64,000 bases of DNA from Auanema rhodensis (taxonomy: Eukaryota > Animalia > Nematoda), in the NCBI GenBank assembly GCA_964057225.1, contig OZ059894.1, positions 19,530,001 to 19,594,000 of the forward strand, given 5' to 3'. How positions within the stretch are numbered: position 1 is the stretch's first letter; each line of letters begins with the position of its first letter. The notes beneath the pieces are model-generated. The model did not search any database, was not told the origin of the DNA, and worked only from the letters and a program-made list of their open reading frames with translations. This document shows, one piece after another, positions 15,001 to 27,649 of this stretch. A program made the translations under genes and the position numbers.

Positions 15001-18000
15001 AATCCGCATCGAATGCACTATACTACATTGAGAAACGCTTAATACAAAAATTAGTTATGATCGTTTGAAAAATGATGCATTAGTGTATGTTGAGTTTCCA
15101 TGTACACTCAACATTGCTTCCAAAAACATTTTGACAAAAATTTTTTCGAAAAATTTCGAAATAATTTAGCAAAAAGTAGATGTTTTTAGATTCCATTTTT
15201 CAAGGCAAAGACGATGGACAATGTTATTCAACGAAAAAATTAATTCTTCAGGGTGAAAATCGAGGATATAAGTGTGAACTTATATCAGTTGATATCTCGG
15301 TGCATTTTTAAGCTAGCGCAAATCTGATAACACAGAACGACGCAGCTTAAAAATCCGCATCGAATGCACTATACTACATTGAGAAACGCTTAATACAAAA
15401 ATTAGTTATGATCGTTTGAAAAATGATGCATTAGTGTATGTTGAGTTTCCATGTACACTCAACATTGCTTCCAAAAACATTTTGACAAAAAATTTTTCGA
15501 AAAATTTCAAAATAATTTAGCAAAAAGTAGATGTTTTTAGATTCCTTTTTTCAAGGCAAAGACGATGGACAATGTTATTCAACGAAAAAATTAATTCTTC
15601 AGGGTGAAAATCGAGGATATAAGTGTGAACTTATATCAGTTGATATCTCGGTGCATTTTTAAGCTAGCGCAAATCTGATAACACAGAACGACGCAGCTTA
15701 AAAATTCGCATCGAATGCACTATACTACATTGAAAAACGCTTAATACAAAAATTAGTTATGATCGTTTGAAAAATGATGCATTAGTGTATGTTGAGTTTC
15801 CATGTACACTCAACATTGCTTCCAAAAACATTTTGACAAAAATTTTTTCGAAAAATTTCAGAATAATTTAGCAAAAAGTAGATGTTTTTAGATTCCATTT
15901 TTCAAGGCAAAGACGATGGACAATGTTATTCAACGAAAAAATTAATTCTTCAGGGTGAAAATCGAGAATATAAGTGTGAACTTATATCAGTTGATATCTC
16001 GGTGCATTTTTAAGCTAGCGCAAATCTGATAACACAGAACGACGCAGCTTAAAAATCCGCATCGAATGCACTATACTACATTGAGAAACGCTTAATACAA
16101 AAATTAGTTATGATCGTTTGAAAAATGATGCATTAGTGTATGTTGAGTTTCCATGTACACTCAACATTGCTTCCAAAAACATTTTGACAAAAATTTTTTC
16201 GAAAAATTTCAGAATAATTTAGCAAAAAGTAGATGTTTTTAGATTCCATTTTTCAAGGCAAAGACGATGGACAATGTTATTCAACGAAAAAATTAATTCT
16301 TCAGGGTGAAAATCGAGGATATAAGTGTGAACTTATATCAGTTGATATCTCGGTGCATTTTCAAGCTAGCGCAAATCTGATAACACAGATCGACGCAGCT
16401 TAAAAATCCGCATCGAATGCACTATACTACATTGAGAAACGCTTAATACAAAAATTAGTTATGATCGTTTGAAAAATGATGCGTTAGTGTATGTTGAGTT
16501 TCCATGTACACTCAACATTGCTTCCAAAAACATTTTGACAAAAATTTTTTCGAAAAATTTCGAAATAATTTAGCAAAAAGTAGATGTTTTTAGATTCCAT
16601 TTTTCATGGCAAAGACGATGGACAATGTTATTCAACGAAAAAATTAATTCTTCAGGGTGAAAATCGAGGATATAAGTGTGAACTTATATCAGTTGATATC
16701 TCGGTGCATTTTTAAGCTAGCGCAAATCTGATAACACAGATCGACGCAGCTTAAAAATCCGCATCGAATGCACTATACTACATTGAGAAACGCTTAATAC
16801 AAAAATAAGTTATGATCGTTTGAAAAATGATGCATTAGTGTATGTTGAGTTTCCATGTACACTCAACATTGCTTCCAAAAACATTTTGACAAAAATTTTT
16901 TCGAAAAATTTCAGAATAATTTAGCAAAAAGTAGATGTTTTTAGATTCCATTTTTCAAGGCAAAGACGATGAACAATGTTATTCAACGAAAAAATTAATT
17001 CTTCAGGGTGAAAATCGAGGATATAAGTGTGAACTTATATCAGTTGATATCTCGGTGCATTTTTAAGCTAGCGCAAATCTGATAACACAGAACGACGCAG
17101 CTTAAAAATTCGCATCGAATGCACTATACTACATTGAGAAACGCTTAATACAAAAATTAGTTATGATCGTTTGAAAAATGATGCGTTAGTGTATGTTGAG
17201 TTTCCATGTACACTCAACATTGCTTCCAAAAACATTTTGACAAAAATTTTTTCGAAAAATTTCAAAATAATTTAGCAAAAAGTAGATGTTTTTAGATTCC
17301 ATTTTTCAAGGCAAAGACGATGAACAATGTTATTCAACGAAAAAATTAATTCTTCAGGGTGAAAATCGAGGATATAAGTGTGAACTTATATCAGTTGATA
17401 TCTCGGTGCATTTTTAAGCTAGCGCAAATCTGATAACACAGAACGACGCAGCTTAAAAATTCGCATCGAATGCACTATACTACATTGAGAAACGCTTAAT
17501 ACAAAAATTAGTTATGATCGTTTGAAAAATGATGCATTAGTGTATGTTGAGTTTCCATGTACACTCAACATTGCTTCCAAAAACATTTTGACAAAAATTT
17601 TTTCGAAAAATTTCAAAATAATTTAGCAAAAAGTAGATGTTTTTAGATTCCTTTTTTCAAGGCAAAGACGATGGACAATGTTATTCAACGAAAAATATAA
17701 TTCTTCAGGGTGAAAATCGAGGATATAAGTGTGAACTTATATCAGTTGATATCTCGGTGCATTTTTAAGCTAGCGCAAATCTGATAACACAGATCGACGC
17801 AGCTTAAAAATCCGCATCGAATGCACTATACTACATTGAGAAACGCTTAATACAAAAATTAGTTATGATCGTTTGAAAAATGATGCATTAGTGTATGTTG
17901 AGTTTCCATGTACACTCAACATTGCTTCCAAAAACATTTTGACAAAAATTTTTTCAAAAATTTCGAAATAATTTAGCAAAAAGTAGATGTTTTTAGATTC

Positions 18001-21000
18001 CATTTTTCAAGGCAAAGACGATGGACAATGTTATTCAACGAAAAAATTAATTCTTCAGGGTGAAAATCGAGGATATAAGTGTGAACTTATATCAGTTGAT
18101 ATCTCGGTGCATTTTTAAGCTAGCGCAAATCTGATAACACAGATCGACGCAGCTTAAAAATCCGCATCGAATGCACTATACTACATTGAGAAACGCTTAA
18201 TACAAAAATTAGTTATGATCGTTTGAAAAATGATGCATTAGTGTATGTTGAGTTTCCATGTACACTCAACATTGCTTCCAAAAACATTTTGACAAAAATT
18301 TTTTCGAAAAATTTCGAAATAATTTAGCAAAAAGTAGATGTTTTTAGATTCCATTTTTCAAGGCAAAGACGATGGACAATGTTATTCAACGAAAAAATTA
18401 ATTCTTCAGGGTGAAAATCGAGGATATAAGTGTGAACTTATATCAGTTGAGATCTCGGTGCATTTTTAAGCTAGCGCAAATCTGATAACACAGAACGACG
18501 CAGCTTAAAAATTCGCATCGAATGCACTATACTACATTGAGAAACGCTTAATACAAAAATTAGTTATGATCGTTTGAAAAATGATGCATTAGTGTATGTT
18601 GAGTTTCCATGTACACTCAACATTGCTTCCAAAAACATTTTGACAAAAATTTTTTCGAAAAATTTCAGAATAATTTAGCAAAAAGTAGATGTTTTTAGAT
18701 TCCATTTTTTAAGGCAAAGACGATGGACAATGTTATTCAACGAAAAAATTAATTCTTCAGGGTGAAAATCGAGGATATAAGTGTGAACTTATATCAGTTG
18801 AGATCTCGGTGCATTTTTAAGCTAGCGCAAATCTGATAACACAGAACGACGCAGCTTAAAAATCCGCATCGAATGCACTATACTACATTGAGAAACGCTT
18901 AATACAAAATTTAGTTATGATCGTTTGAAAAATGATGCATTAGTGTATGTTGAGTTTCCATGTACACTCAACATTGCTTCCAAAAACATTTTGACAAAAA
19001 TTTTTTCGAAAAATTTCAGAATAATTTAGCAAAAAGTAGATGTTTTTAGATTCCTTTTTTCAAGGCAAAGACGATGGACAATGTTATTCAACGAAAAAAT
19101 TAATTCTTCAGGGTGAAAATCGAGGATATAAGTGTGAACTTATATCAGTTGATATCTCGGTGCATTTTTAAGCTAGCGCAAATCTGATAACACAGAACGA
19201 CGCAGCTTAAAAATCCGCATCGAATGCACTATACTACATTGAGAAACGCTTAATACAAAAATTAGTTATGATCGTTTGAAAAATGATGCATTAGTGTATG
19301 TTGAGTTTCCATGTACACTCAACATTGCTTCCAAAAACATTTTGACAAAAATTTTTTCGAAAAATTTCAGAATAATTTAGCAAAAAGTAGATGTTTTTAG
19401 ATTCCATTTTTCAAGGCAAAGACGATGGACAATGTTATTCAACGAAAAAATTAATTCTTCAGGGTGAAAATCGAGGATATATGTGTGAACTTATATCAGT
19501 TGATATCTCGGTGCATTTTTAAGCTAGCGCAAATCTGATAACACAGATCGACGCAGCTTAAAAATCCGCATCGAATGCACTATACTACATTGAGAAACGC
19601 TTAATACAAAAATTAGTTATGATCGTTTGAAAAATGATGCGTTAGTGTATGTTGAGTTTCCATGTACACTCAACATTGCTTCCAAAAACATTTTGACAAA
19701 AATTTTTTCGAAAAATTTCAGAATAATTTAGCAAAAAGTAGATGTTTTTAGATTCCATTTTTTAAGGCAAAGACGATGGACAATGTTATTCAACGAAAAA
19801 ATTAATTCTTCAGGGTGAAAATCGAGGATATAAGTGTGAACTTATATCAGTTGATATCTCGGTGCATTTTTAAGCTAGCGCAAATCTGATAACACAGAAC
19901 GACGCAGCTTAAAAATCCGCATCGAATGCACTATACTACATTGAGAAACGCTTAATACAAAAATTAGTTATGATCGTTTGAAAAATGATGCATTAGTGTA
20001 TGTTGAGTTTCCATGTACACTCAACATTGCTTCCAAAAACATTTTGACAAAAATTTTTTCGAAAAATTTCAAAATAATTTAGCAAAAAGTAGATGTTTTT
20101 AGATTCCTTTTTTCAAGGCAAAGACGATGGACAATGTTATTCAACGAAAAAATTAATTCTTCAGGGTGAAAATCGAGGATATAAGTGTGAACTTATATCA
20201 GTTGATATCTCGGTGCATTTTTAAGCTAGCGCAAATCTGATAACACAGATCGACGCAGCTTAAAAATCCGCATCGAATGCACTATACTACATTGAGAAAC
20301 GCTTAATACAAAAATTAGTTATGATCGTTTGAAAAATGATGCATTAGTGTATGTTGAGTTTCCATGTACACTCAACATTGCTTCCAAAAACATTTTGACA
20401 AAAATTTTTTCGAAAAATTTCAGAATAATTTAGCAAAAAGTAGATGTTTTTAGATTCCATTTTTCAAGGCAAAGACGATGAACAATGTTATTCAACGAAA
20501 AAATTAATTCTTCAGGGTGAAAATCGAGGATATAAGTGTGAACTTATATCAGTTGATATCTCGGTGCATTTTTAAGCTAGCGCAAATCTGATAACACAGA
20601 ACGACGCAGCTTAAAAATTCGCATCGAATGCACTATACTACATTGAGAAACGCTTAATACAAAAATTAGTTATGATCGTTTGAAAAATGATGCATTAGTG
20701 TATGTTGAGTTTCCATGTACACTCAACATTGCTTCCAAAAACATTTTGACAAAAATTTTTTCGAAAAATTTCAGAATAATTTAGCAAAAAGTAGATGTTT
20801 TTAGATTCCATTTTTCAAGGCAAAGACGATGAACAATGTTATTCAACGAAAAAATTAATTCTTCAGGGTGAAAATCGAGGATATAAGTGTGAACTTATAT
20901 CAGTTGATATCTCGGTGCATTTTTAAGCTAGCGCAAATCTGATAACACAGAACGACGCAGCTTAAAAATTCGCATCGAATGCACTATACTACATTGAGAA

Positions 21001-24000
21001 ACGCTTAATACAAAAATTAGTTATGATCGTTTGAAAAATGATGCATTAGTGTATGTTGAGTTTCCATGTACACTCAACATTGCTTCCAAAAACATTTTGA
21101 CAAAAATTTTTTCGAAAAATTTCAAAATAATTTAGCAAAAAGTAGATGTTTTTAGATTCCTTTTTTCAAGGCAAAGACGATGGACAATGTTATTCAACGA
21201 AAAATATAATTCTTCAGGGTGAAAATCGAGGATATAAGTGTGAACTTATATCAGTTGATATCTCGGTGCATTTTTAAGCTAGCGCAAATCTGATAACACA
21301 GATCGACGCAGCTTAAAAATCCGCATCGAATGCACTATACTACATTGAGAAACGCTTAATACAAAAATTAGTTATGATCGTTTGAAAAATGATGCATTAG
21401 TGTATGTTGAGTTTCCATGTACACTCAACATTGCTTCCAAAAACATTTTGACAAAAATTTTTTCAAAAATTTCGAAATAATTTAGCAAAAAGTAGATGTT
21501 TTTAGATTCCATTTTTCAAGGCAAAGACGATGGACAATGTTATTCAACGAAAAAATTAATTCTTCAGGGTGAAAATCGAGGATATAAGTGTGAACTTATA
21601 TCAGTTGATATCTCGGTGCATTTTTAAGCTAGCGCAAATCTGATAACACAGATCGACGCAGCTTAAAAATCCGCATCGAATGCACTATACTACATTGAGA
21701 AACGCTTAATACAAAAATTAGTTATGATCGTTTGAAAAATGATGCATTAGTGTATGTTGAGTTTCCATGTACACTCAACATTGCTTCCAAAAACATTTTG
21801 ACAAAAATTTTTTCGAAAAATTTCGAAATAATTTAGCAAAAAGTAGATGTTTTTAGATTCCATTTTTCAAGGCAAAGACGATGGACAATGTTATTCAACG
21901 AAAAAATTAATTCTTCAGGGTGAAAATCGAGGATATAAGTGTGAACTTATATCAGTTGAGATCTCGGTGCATTTTTAAGCTAGCGCAAATCTGATAACAC
22001 AGAACGACGCAGCTTAAAAATTCGCATCGAATGCACTATACTACATTGAGAAACGCTTAATACAAAAATTAGTTATGATCGTTTGAAAAATGATGCATTA
22101 GTGTATGTTGAGTTTCCATGTACACTCAACATTGCTTCCAAAAACATTTTGACAAAAATTTTTTCGAAAAATTTCAGAATAATTTAGCAAAAAGTAGATG
22201 TTTTCAGATTCCATTTTTTAAGGCAAAGACGATGGACAATGTTATTCAACGAAAAAATTAATTCTTCAGGGTGAAAATCGAGGATATAAGTGTGAACTTA
22301 TATCAGTTGAGATCTCGGTGCATTTTTAAGCTAGCGCAAATCTGATAACACAGAACGACGCAGCTTAAAAATCCGCATCGAATGCACTATACTACATTGA
22401 GAAACGCTTAATACAAAAATTAGTTATGATCGTTTGAAAAATGATGCATTAGTGTATGTTGAGTTTCCATGTACACTCAACATTGCTTCCAAAAACATTT
22501 TGACAAAAATTTTTTCGAAAAATTTCAGAATAATTTAGCAAAAAGTAGATGTTTTTAGATTCCTTTTTTCAAGGCAAAGACGATGGACAATGTTATTCAA
22601 CGAAAAAATTAATTCTTCAGGGTGAAAATCGAGGATATAAGTGTGAACTTATATCAGTTGAGATCTCGGTGCATTTTTAAGCTAGCGCAAATCTGATAAC
22701 ACAGAACGACGCAGCTTAAAAATCCGCATCGAATGCACTATACTACATTGAGAAACGCTTAATACAAAAATTAGTTATGATCGTTTGAAAAATGATGCAT
22801 TAGTGTATGTTGAGTTTCCATGTACACTCAACATTGCTTCCAAAAACATTTTGACAAAAATTTTTTCGAAAAATTTCAGAATAATTTAGCAAAAAGTAGA
22901 TGTTTTTAGATTCCTTTTTTCAAGGCAAAGACGATGGACAATGTTATTCAACGAAAAAATTAATTCTTCAGGGTGAAAATCGAGGATATAAGTGTGAACT
23001 TATATCAGTTGATATCTCGGTGCATTTTTAAGCTAGCGCAAATCTGATAACACAGAACGACGCAGCTTAAAAATCCGCATCGAATGCACTATACTACATT
23101 GAGAAACGCTTAATACAAAAATTAGTTATGATCGTTTGAAAAATGATGCATTAGTGTATGTTGAGTTTCCATGTACACTCAACATTGCTTCCAAAAACAT
23201 TTTGACAAAAATTTTTTCGAAAAATTTCAGAATAATTTAGCAAAAAGTAGATGTTTTTAGATTCCATTTTTCAAGGCAAAGACGATGGACAATGTTATTC
23301 AACGAAAAAATTAATTCTTCAGGGTGAAAATCGAGGATATATGTGTGAACTTATATCAGTTGATATCTCGGTGCATTTTTAAGCTAGCGCAAATCTGATA
23401 ACACAGATCGACGCAGCTTAAAAATCCGCATCGAATGCACTATACTACATTGAGAAACGCTTAATACAAAAATTAGTTATGATCGTTTGAAAAATGATGC
23501 GTTAGTGTATGTTGAGTTTCCATGTACACTCAACATTGCTTCCAAAAACATTTTGACAAAAATTTTTTCGAAAAATTTCAAAATAATTTAGCAAAAAGTA
23601 GATGCTTTTAGATTCCATTTTTTAAGGCAAAGACGATGGACAATGTTATTCAACGAAAAAATTAATTCTTCAGGGTGAAAATCGAGGATATAAGTGTGAA
23701 CTTATATCAGTTGATATCTCGGTGCATTTTTAAGCTAGCGCAAATCTGATAACACAGAACGACGCAGCTTAAAAATCCGCATCGAATGCACTATACTACA
23801 TTGAGAAACGCTTAATACAAAAATTAGTTATGATCGTTTGAAAAATGATGCATTAGTGTATGTTGAGTTTCCATGTACACTCAACATTGCTTCCAAAAAC
23901 ATTTTGACAAAAATTTTTTCGAAAAATTTCAAAATAATTTAGCAAAAAGTAGATGTGTTTAGATTCCTTTTTTCAAGGCAAAGACGATGGACAATGTTAT

Positions 24001-25273
24001 TCAACGAAAAAATTAATTCTTCAGGGTGAAAATCGAGGATATAAGTGTGAACTTATATCAGTTGATATCTCGGTGCATTTTTAAGCTAGCGCAAATCTGA
24101 TAACACAGATCGACGCAGCTTAAAAATCCGCATCGAATGCACTATACTACATTGAGAAACGCTTAATACAAAAATTAGTTATGATCGTTTGAAAAATGAT
24201 GCATTAGTGTATGTTGAGTTTCCATGTACACTCAACATTGCTTCCAAAAACATTTTGACAAAAATTTTTTCGAAAAATTTCGAAATAATTTAGCAAAAAG
24301 TAGATGTTTTTAGATTCCATTTTTCAAGGCAAAGACGATGGACAATGTTATTCAACGAAAAAATTAATTCTTCAGGGTGAAAATCGAGGATATAAGTGTG
24401 AACTTATATCAGTTGATATCTCGGTGCATTTTTAAGCTAGCGCAAATCTGATAACACAGAACGACGCAGCTTAAAAATCCGCATCGAATGCACTATACTA
24501 CATTGAGAAACGCTTAATACAAAAATTAGTTATGATCGTTTGAAAAATGATGCATTAGTGTATGTTGAGTTTCCATGTACACTCAACATTGCTTCCAAAA
24601 ACATTTTGACAAAAAATTTTTCGAAAAATTTCAAAATAATTTAGCAAAAAGTAGATGTTTTTAGATTCCTTTTTTCAAGGCAAAGACGATGGACAATGTT
24701 ATTCAACGAAAAAATTAATTCTTCAGGGTGAAAATCGAGGATATAAGTGTGAACTTATATCAGTTGATATCTCGGTGCATTTTTAAGCTAGCGCAAATCT
24801 GATAACACAGAACGACGCAGCTTAAAAATTCGCATCGAATGCACTATACTACATTGAAAAACGTTTAATACAAAAATTAGTTATGATCGTTTGAAAAATG
24901 ATGCATTAGTGTATGTTGAGTTTCCATGTACACTCAACATTGCTTCCAAAAACATTTTGACAAAAATTTTTTCGAAAAATTTCGAAATAATTTAGCAAAA
25001 AGTAGATGTTTTTAGATTCCTTTTTTCAAGGCAAAGACGATGGACAATGTTATTCAACGAAAAAATTAATTCTTCAGGGTGAAAATCGAGGATATAAGTG
25101 TGAACTTATATCAGTTGATATCTCGGTGCATTTTTAAGCTAGCGCAAATCTGATAACACAGAACGACGCAGCTTAAAAATTCGCATCGAATGCACTATAC
25201 TACATTGAGAAACGCTTAATACAAAAATTAGTTATGATCGTTTGAAAAATGATGCATTAGTGTATGTTGAGTT
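1..25273. repeat. Tandem satellite array, 351-bp monomer, 72 copies (left of retrotransposon)
   Basis: GTTTCCATG recurs at 1, 352, 7021 (=1+20x351) and 14041. Two monomers (starting 17902 and 21411) carry a 1-bp deletion, so monomer 73 starts at 25271. Copies differ by only a few substitutions. Confidence 0.99.
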
Positions 25274-25562
25274 TGTTTCGTATATATACGAAAGAATAAG
25301 TAATAAATCATCAAATTAAGTAAAACATAAGAAAATTGGTTTTAAATAGAAAATAAGTAGATTCATTTTAAAATATATTCCTGCTGTGAGCGGTCGTATA
25401 CAGTTTACGTCATATTTACGTGAACTGACGTACGCCAAATGCTTCACTTTTAAATCAGTTCACATTGTTGACTCATAGCGCGTAGTCGCATTTATTATTA
25501 ACTGTTTCACCATTATAAATTGAATAAATCATTATTTTTATATTCTGTATCTTTTCGGAATA
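25274..25562 (+). repeat. 5' LTR (matches the 3' LTR over 25274-25556; true end probably about 25562-25565)
   Basis: Starts TGTTTCG. Identical to 31831-32113 except C25380 versus T31937. It continues GGAATA(TAA) before the PBS. CGGAATA is a 5/7 match to the inverted terminus CGAAACA, so the exact end is uncertain. Confidence 0.88.
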
Positions 25563-25568
25563 TAATTT

Positions 25569-25580
25569 TGGTGCATCGGC
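25569..25580 (+). promoter_or_regulatory. Primer binding site, complementary to the tRNA-Gly(GCC) 3' end
   Basis: TGGTGCATCGGC lies just inside the 5' LTR. It is the reverse complement of ...GCCGATGCACCA, the 3' end of invertebrate tRNA-Gly(GCC) as recalled; not database-checked. Confidence 0.8.
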
Positions 25581-25711
25581 AAAACTAAGTAAAACAAATA
25601 AATAAGTAAATAAGTGAATATATATATATTTATTTCATTGCTTATATAAAAAAAAATAAAAAAAAAAAAAACCGAATTAATTAATATTATTGATAATCAT
25701 ATAACTCAAAA

Positions 25712-27649
25712 ATGAGTTCAAAATCAGAAACAATCAGATTAAGTAAACAAGGATGCCGAAGCAGAATAAATGGTAATGCTCGTAAAAGAGAAGTTATGTT
25801 GAAAGTCATAGAAAAAGTTGATAACGGAACACACTTAAATACAAACGATATGGATGTAATAAGTGGATACATTGAAAATCTAAGAAATGTATGTGAGCAT
25901 ATTTTAATTATGAAAGCTGATGAAGACTATGACATAGTCAAAGAAATAATTGAAAATTCTCATCTAGTGGAGGAAAATAACGAAATTAGAGAAGAGTTAA
26001 ACGATTTGAAAAAAATCATAAATGATGAAAACCAAAATGATAGAAAATTGAAAATCAAGTTTAATATGATATATAAACAATTACTAGAAACTTTACCTGA
26101 ATGTACTGATTTGAAAACCAAAACTCTGTTCAAATTTGAGCAGAATAAACAAATAGAAACTTCGTTAACAGTATCTTCAAGTTCTGAAACAGAAGAATTA
26201 AGTGGTTACACTGAAAAACTAAGACGTAGTGCAGAAAGTTCAAAAAGTAATCAAAAACGTAATAACATAAATTGTAAACTTGAAAAAGTACTGGAAAGAT
26301 TAAACTTTTTAGAGGAAAAATTTGACTCAGAAAGCGATAGAGAAATTAAATATATAAATCATAAATCTTTAAAAAAGAGAATCAATAAATCAAATCACGA
26401 AACATCAGACAGACATGAAAATAATCTATATATCCCAAGACCAAAAATAAAATTAACCACGTTTGATGGAAATATCACGGAATACCCAGAATTTATGAGT
26501 ATTTTTGAATTACTCATTGATAGTAACCGTAATATGTCAGAAACCGAAAAATTTTATCATTTAAAATCGAGTTTGAGCGGTAATGCTGAACATTTATTGA
26601 AATCAATTACTTTAACAGCAGAAAATTATAAAAAAGCATTGTTTCTACTTAAGAAAACATATGATAAACCTCAAGAACGAAAGAAAGTATTAAAACAAAG
26701 ACTAAGAGATTTGCCAAAAGCATATAAAAATGCAGTAAATATGCAAGAAATTTATAATGAAATTCAATCCATTATAACGGGATTAAGGGAGCATAGAGAC
26801 ATTGACAATGAAGAAATAATTGAAACTATAATAGAAAAATTCCCAGAACATATACAAAGAGAAATCTTCAATATAGAAAGTAATGATGGCATAGAATTGA
26901 ACATTGATGAAATCATAGAAATAATCGGTAACTCAATTAAATGCGAAAAAATGATACAAAATAAAAGAGAAAACTACAACAGCACGTTGAACTTTTTAAT
27001 GAATAACAGAAACTATCAAAATTATAATAGAAAACCTTATAACTATCAGAATGATCATGAAACAAGAAGAAAAAACGATAGATTTTCTAATGGTTTTCAA
27101 AATGTGAAATATAATAATGAGAATAATGATAGAAATAGACATCAAACACAGTATGCAAACAAATTTCAAGCGATAACAAGTAAAAACAATGATTCATTAG
27201 AAAACAAAAACTGTGTATTCTGTAATAGAAATAATCATAGCAGTTTAAATTGTAAAATTATCATGGATATCAGAGAAAAAAGGAACATCATCAAGCAAAA
27301 TAGTCTTTGCTGGATTTGTTACAGTAAAAATCATAATTCTTTTCAATGTAATCTTGAAAGATGTCAAAATTGTATGGAACACCATAATTCAAAAATTTGC
27401 ATGAAAAATCATTATAAAAATAACGCCAAGGACGTAATTAGCATAAATTCTCAATATGCTAATCACCCTACAAGCAACAATCACATGCAATCTCAATATG
27501 CTAATGAGGTCGGTACTCCTCAAAATACAGTAAACGGAAGAAATAAAGCAGGAAATGAATATAAATGGAAACCCAATTTAACAGGAGGTAATAATGAGCC
27601 AATTGGACAAAATTTTCGATTGGAATCAAGAATAACAGAGAAAGGGTAA
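25712..27649 (+). CDS. gag: Gag (645 aa), DUF1759-like capsid region plus three zinc knuckles
   Basis: Contains FDGNITEYPEFMSIF...EKFYHLKSSLSG, typical of Pao-type Gag. CVFCNRNNHSSLNC, CWICYSKNHNSFQC and CQNCMEHHNSKIC lie at 27212-27400. Ends with TAA TAA. Confidence 0.93.
   Translation: MSSKSETIRLSKQGCRSRINGNARKREVMLKVIEKVDNGTHLNTNDMDVISGYIENLRNVCEHILIMKADEDYDIVKEIIENSHLVEENNEIREELNDLKKIINDENQNDRKLKIKFNMIYKQLLETLPECTDLKTKTLFKFEQNKQIETSLTVSSSSETEELSGYTEKLRRSAESSKSNQKRNNINCKLEKVLERLNFLEEKFDSESDREIKYINHKSLKKRINKSNHETSDRHENNLYIPRPKIKLTTFDGNITEYPEFMSIFELLIDSNRNMSETEKFYHLKSSLSGNAEHLLKSITLTAENYKKALFLLKKTYDKPQERKKVLKQRLRDLPKAYKNAVNMQEIYNEIQSIITGLREHRDIDNEEIIETIIEKFPEHIQREIFNIESNDGIELNIDEIIEIIGNSIKCEKMIQNKRENYNSTLNFLMNNRNYQNYNRKPYNYQNDHETRRKNDRFSNGFQNVKYNNENNDRNRHQTQYANKFQAITSKNNDSLENKNCVFCNRNNHSSLNCKIIMDIREKRNIIKQNSLCWICYSKNHNSFQCNLERCQNCMEHHNSKICMKNHYKNNAKDVISINSQYANHPTSNNHMQSQYANEVGTPQNTVNGRNKAGNEYKWKPNLTGGNNEPIGQNFRLESRITEKG

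Noticed and set aside
25272-25274. TT/TTT on both sides read as a 2-3-bp TSD
   Set aside because: The right-hand Ts (32110-32112) are also LTR sequence, matching the 5' LTR, so they are better explained as microhomology.
25340-25372. LTR/satellite similarity (AAGTAGAT, TAGATTC-ATTTT, GTGAACT) suggesting the satellite derives from the LTR
   Set aside because: Only 7-8-bp AT-rich matches with no extended alignment, as expected by chance.
25648-25671. Poly(A)-like tract in the 5' leader as a nested retroposed insertion
   Set aside because: No TSD or element body. It is an ordinary A-rich leader.
25687-25872. 61-aa minus-strand ORF
   Set aside because: Antisense shadow of gag with no recognisable motif.
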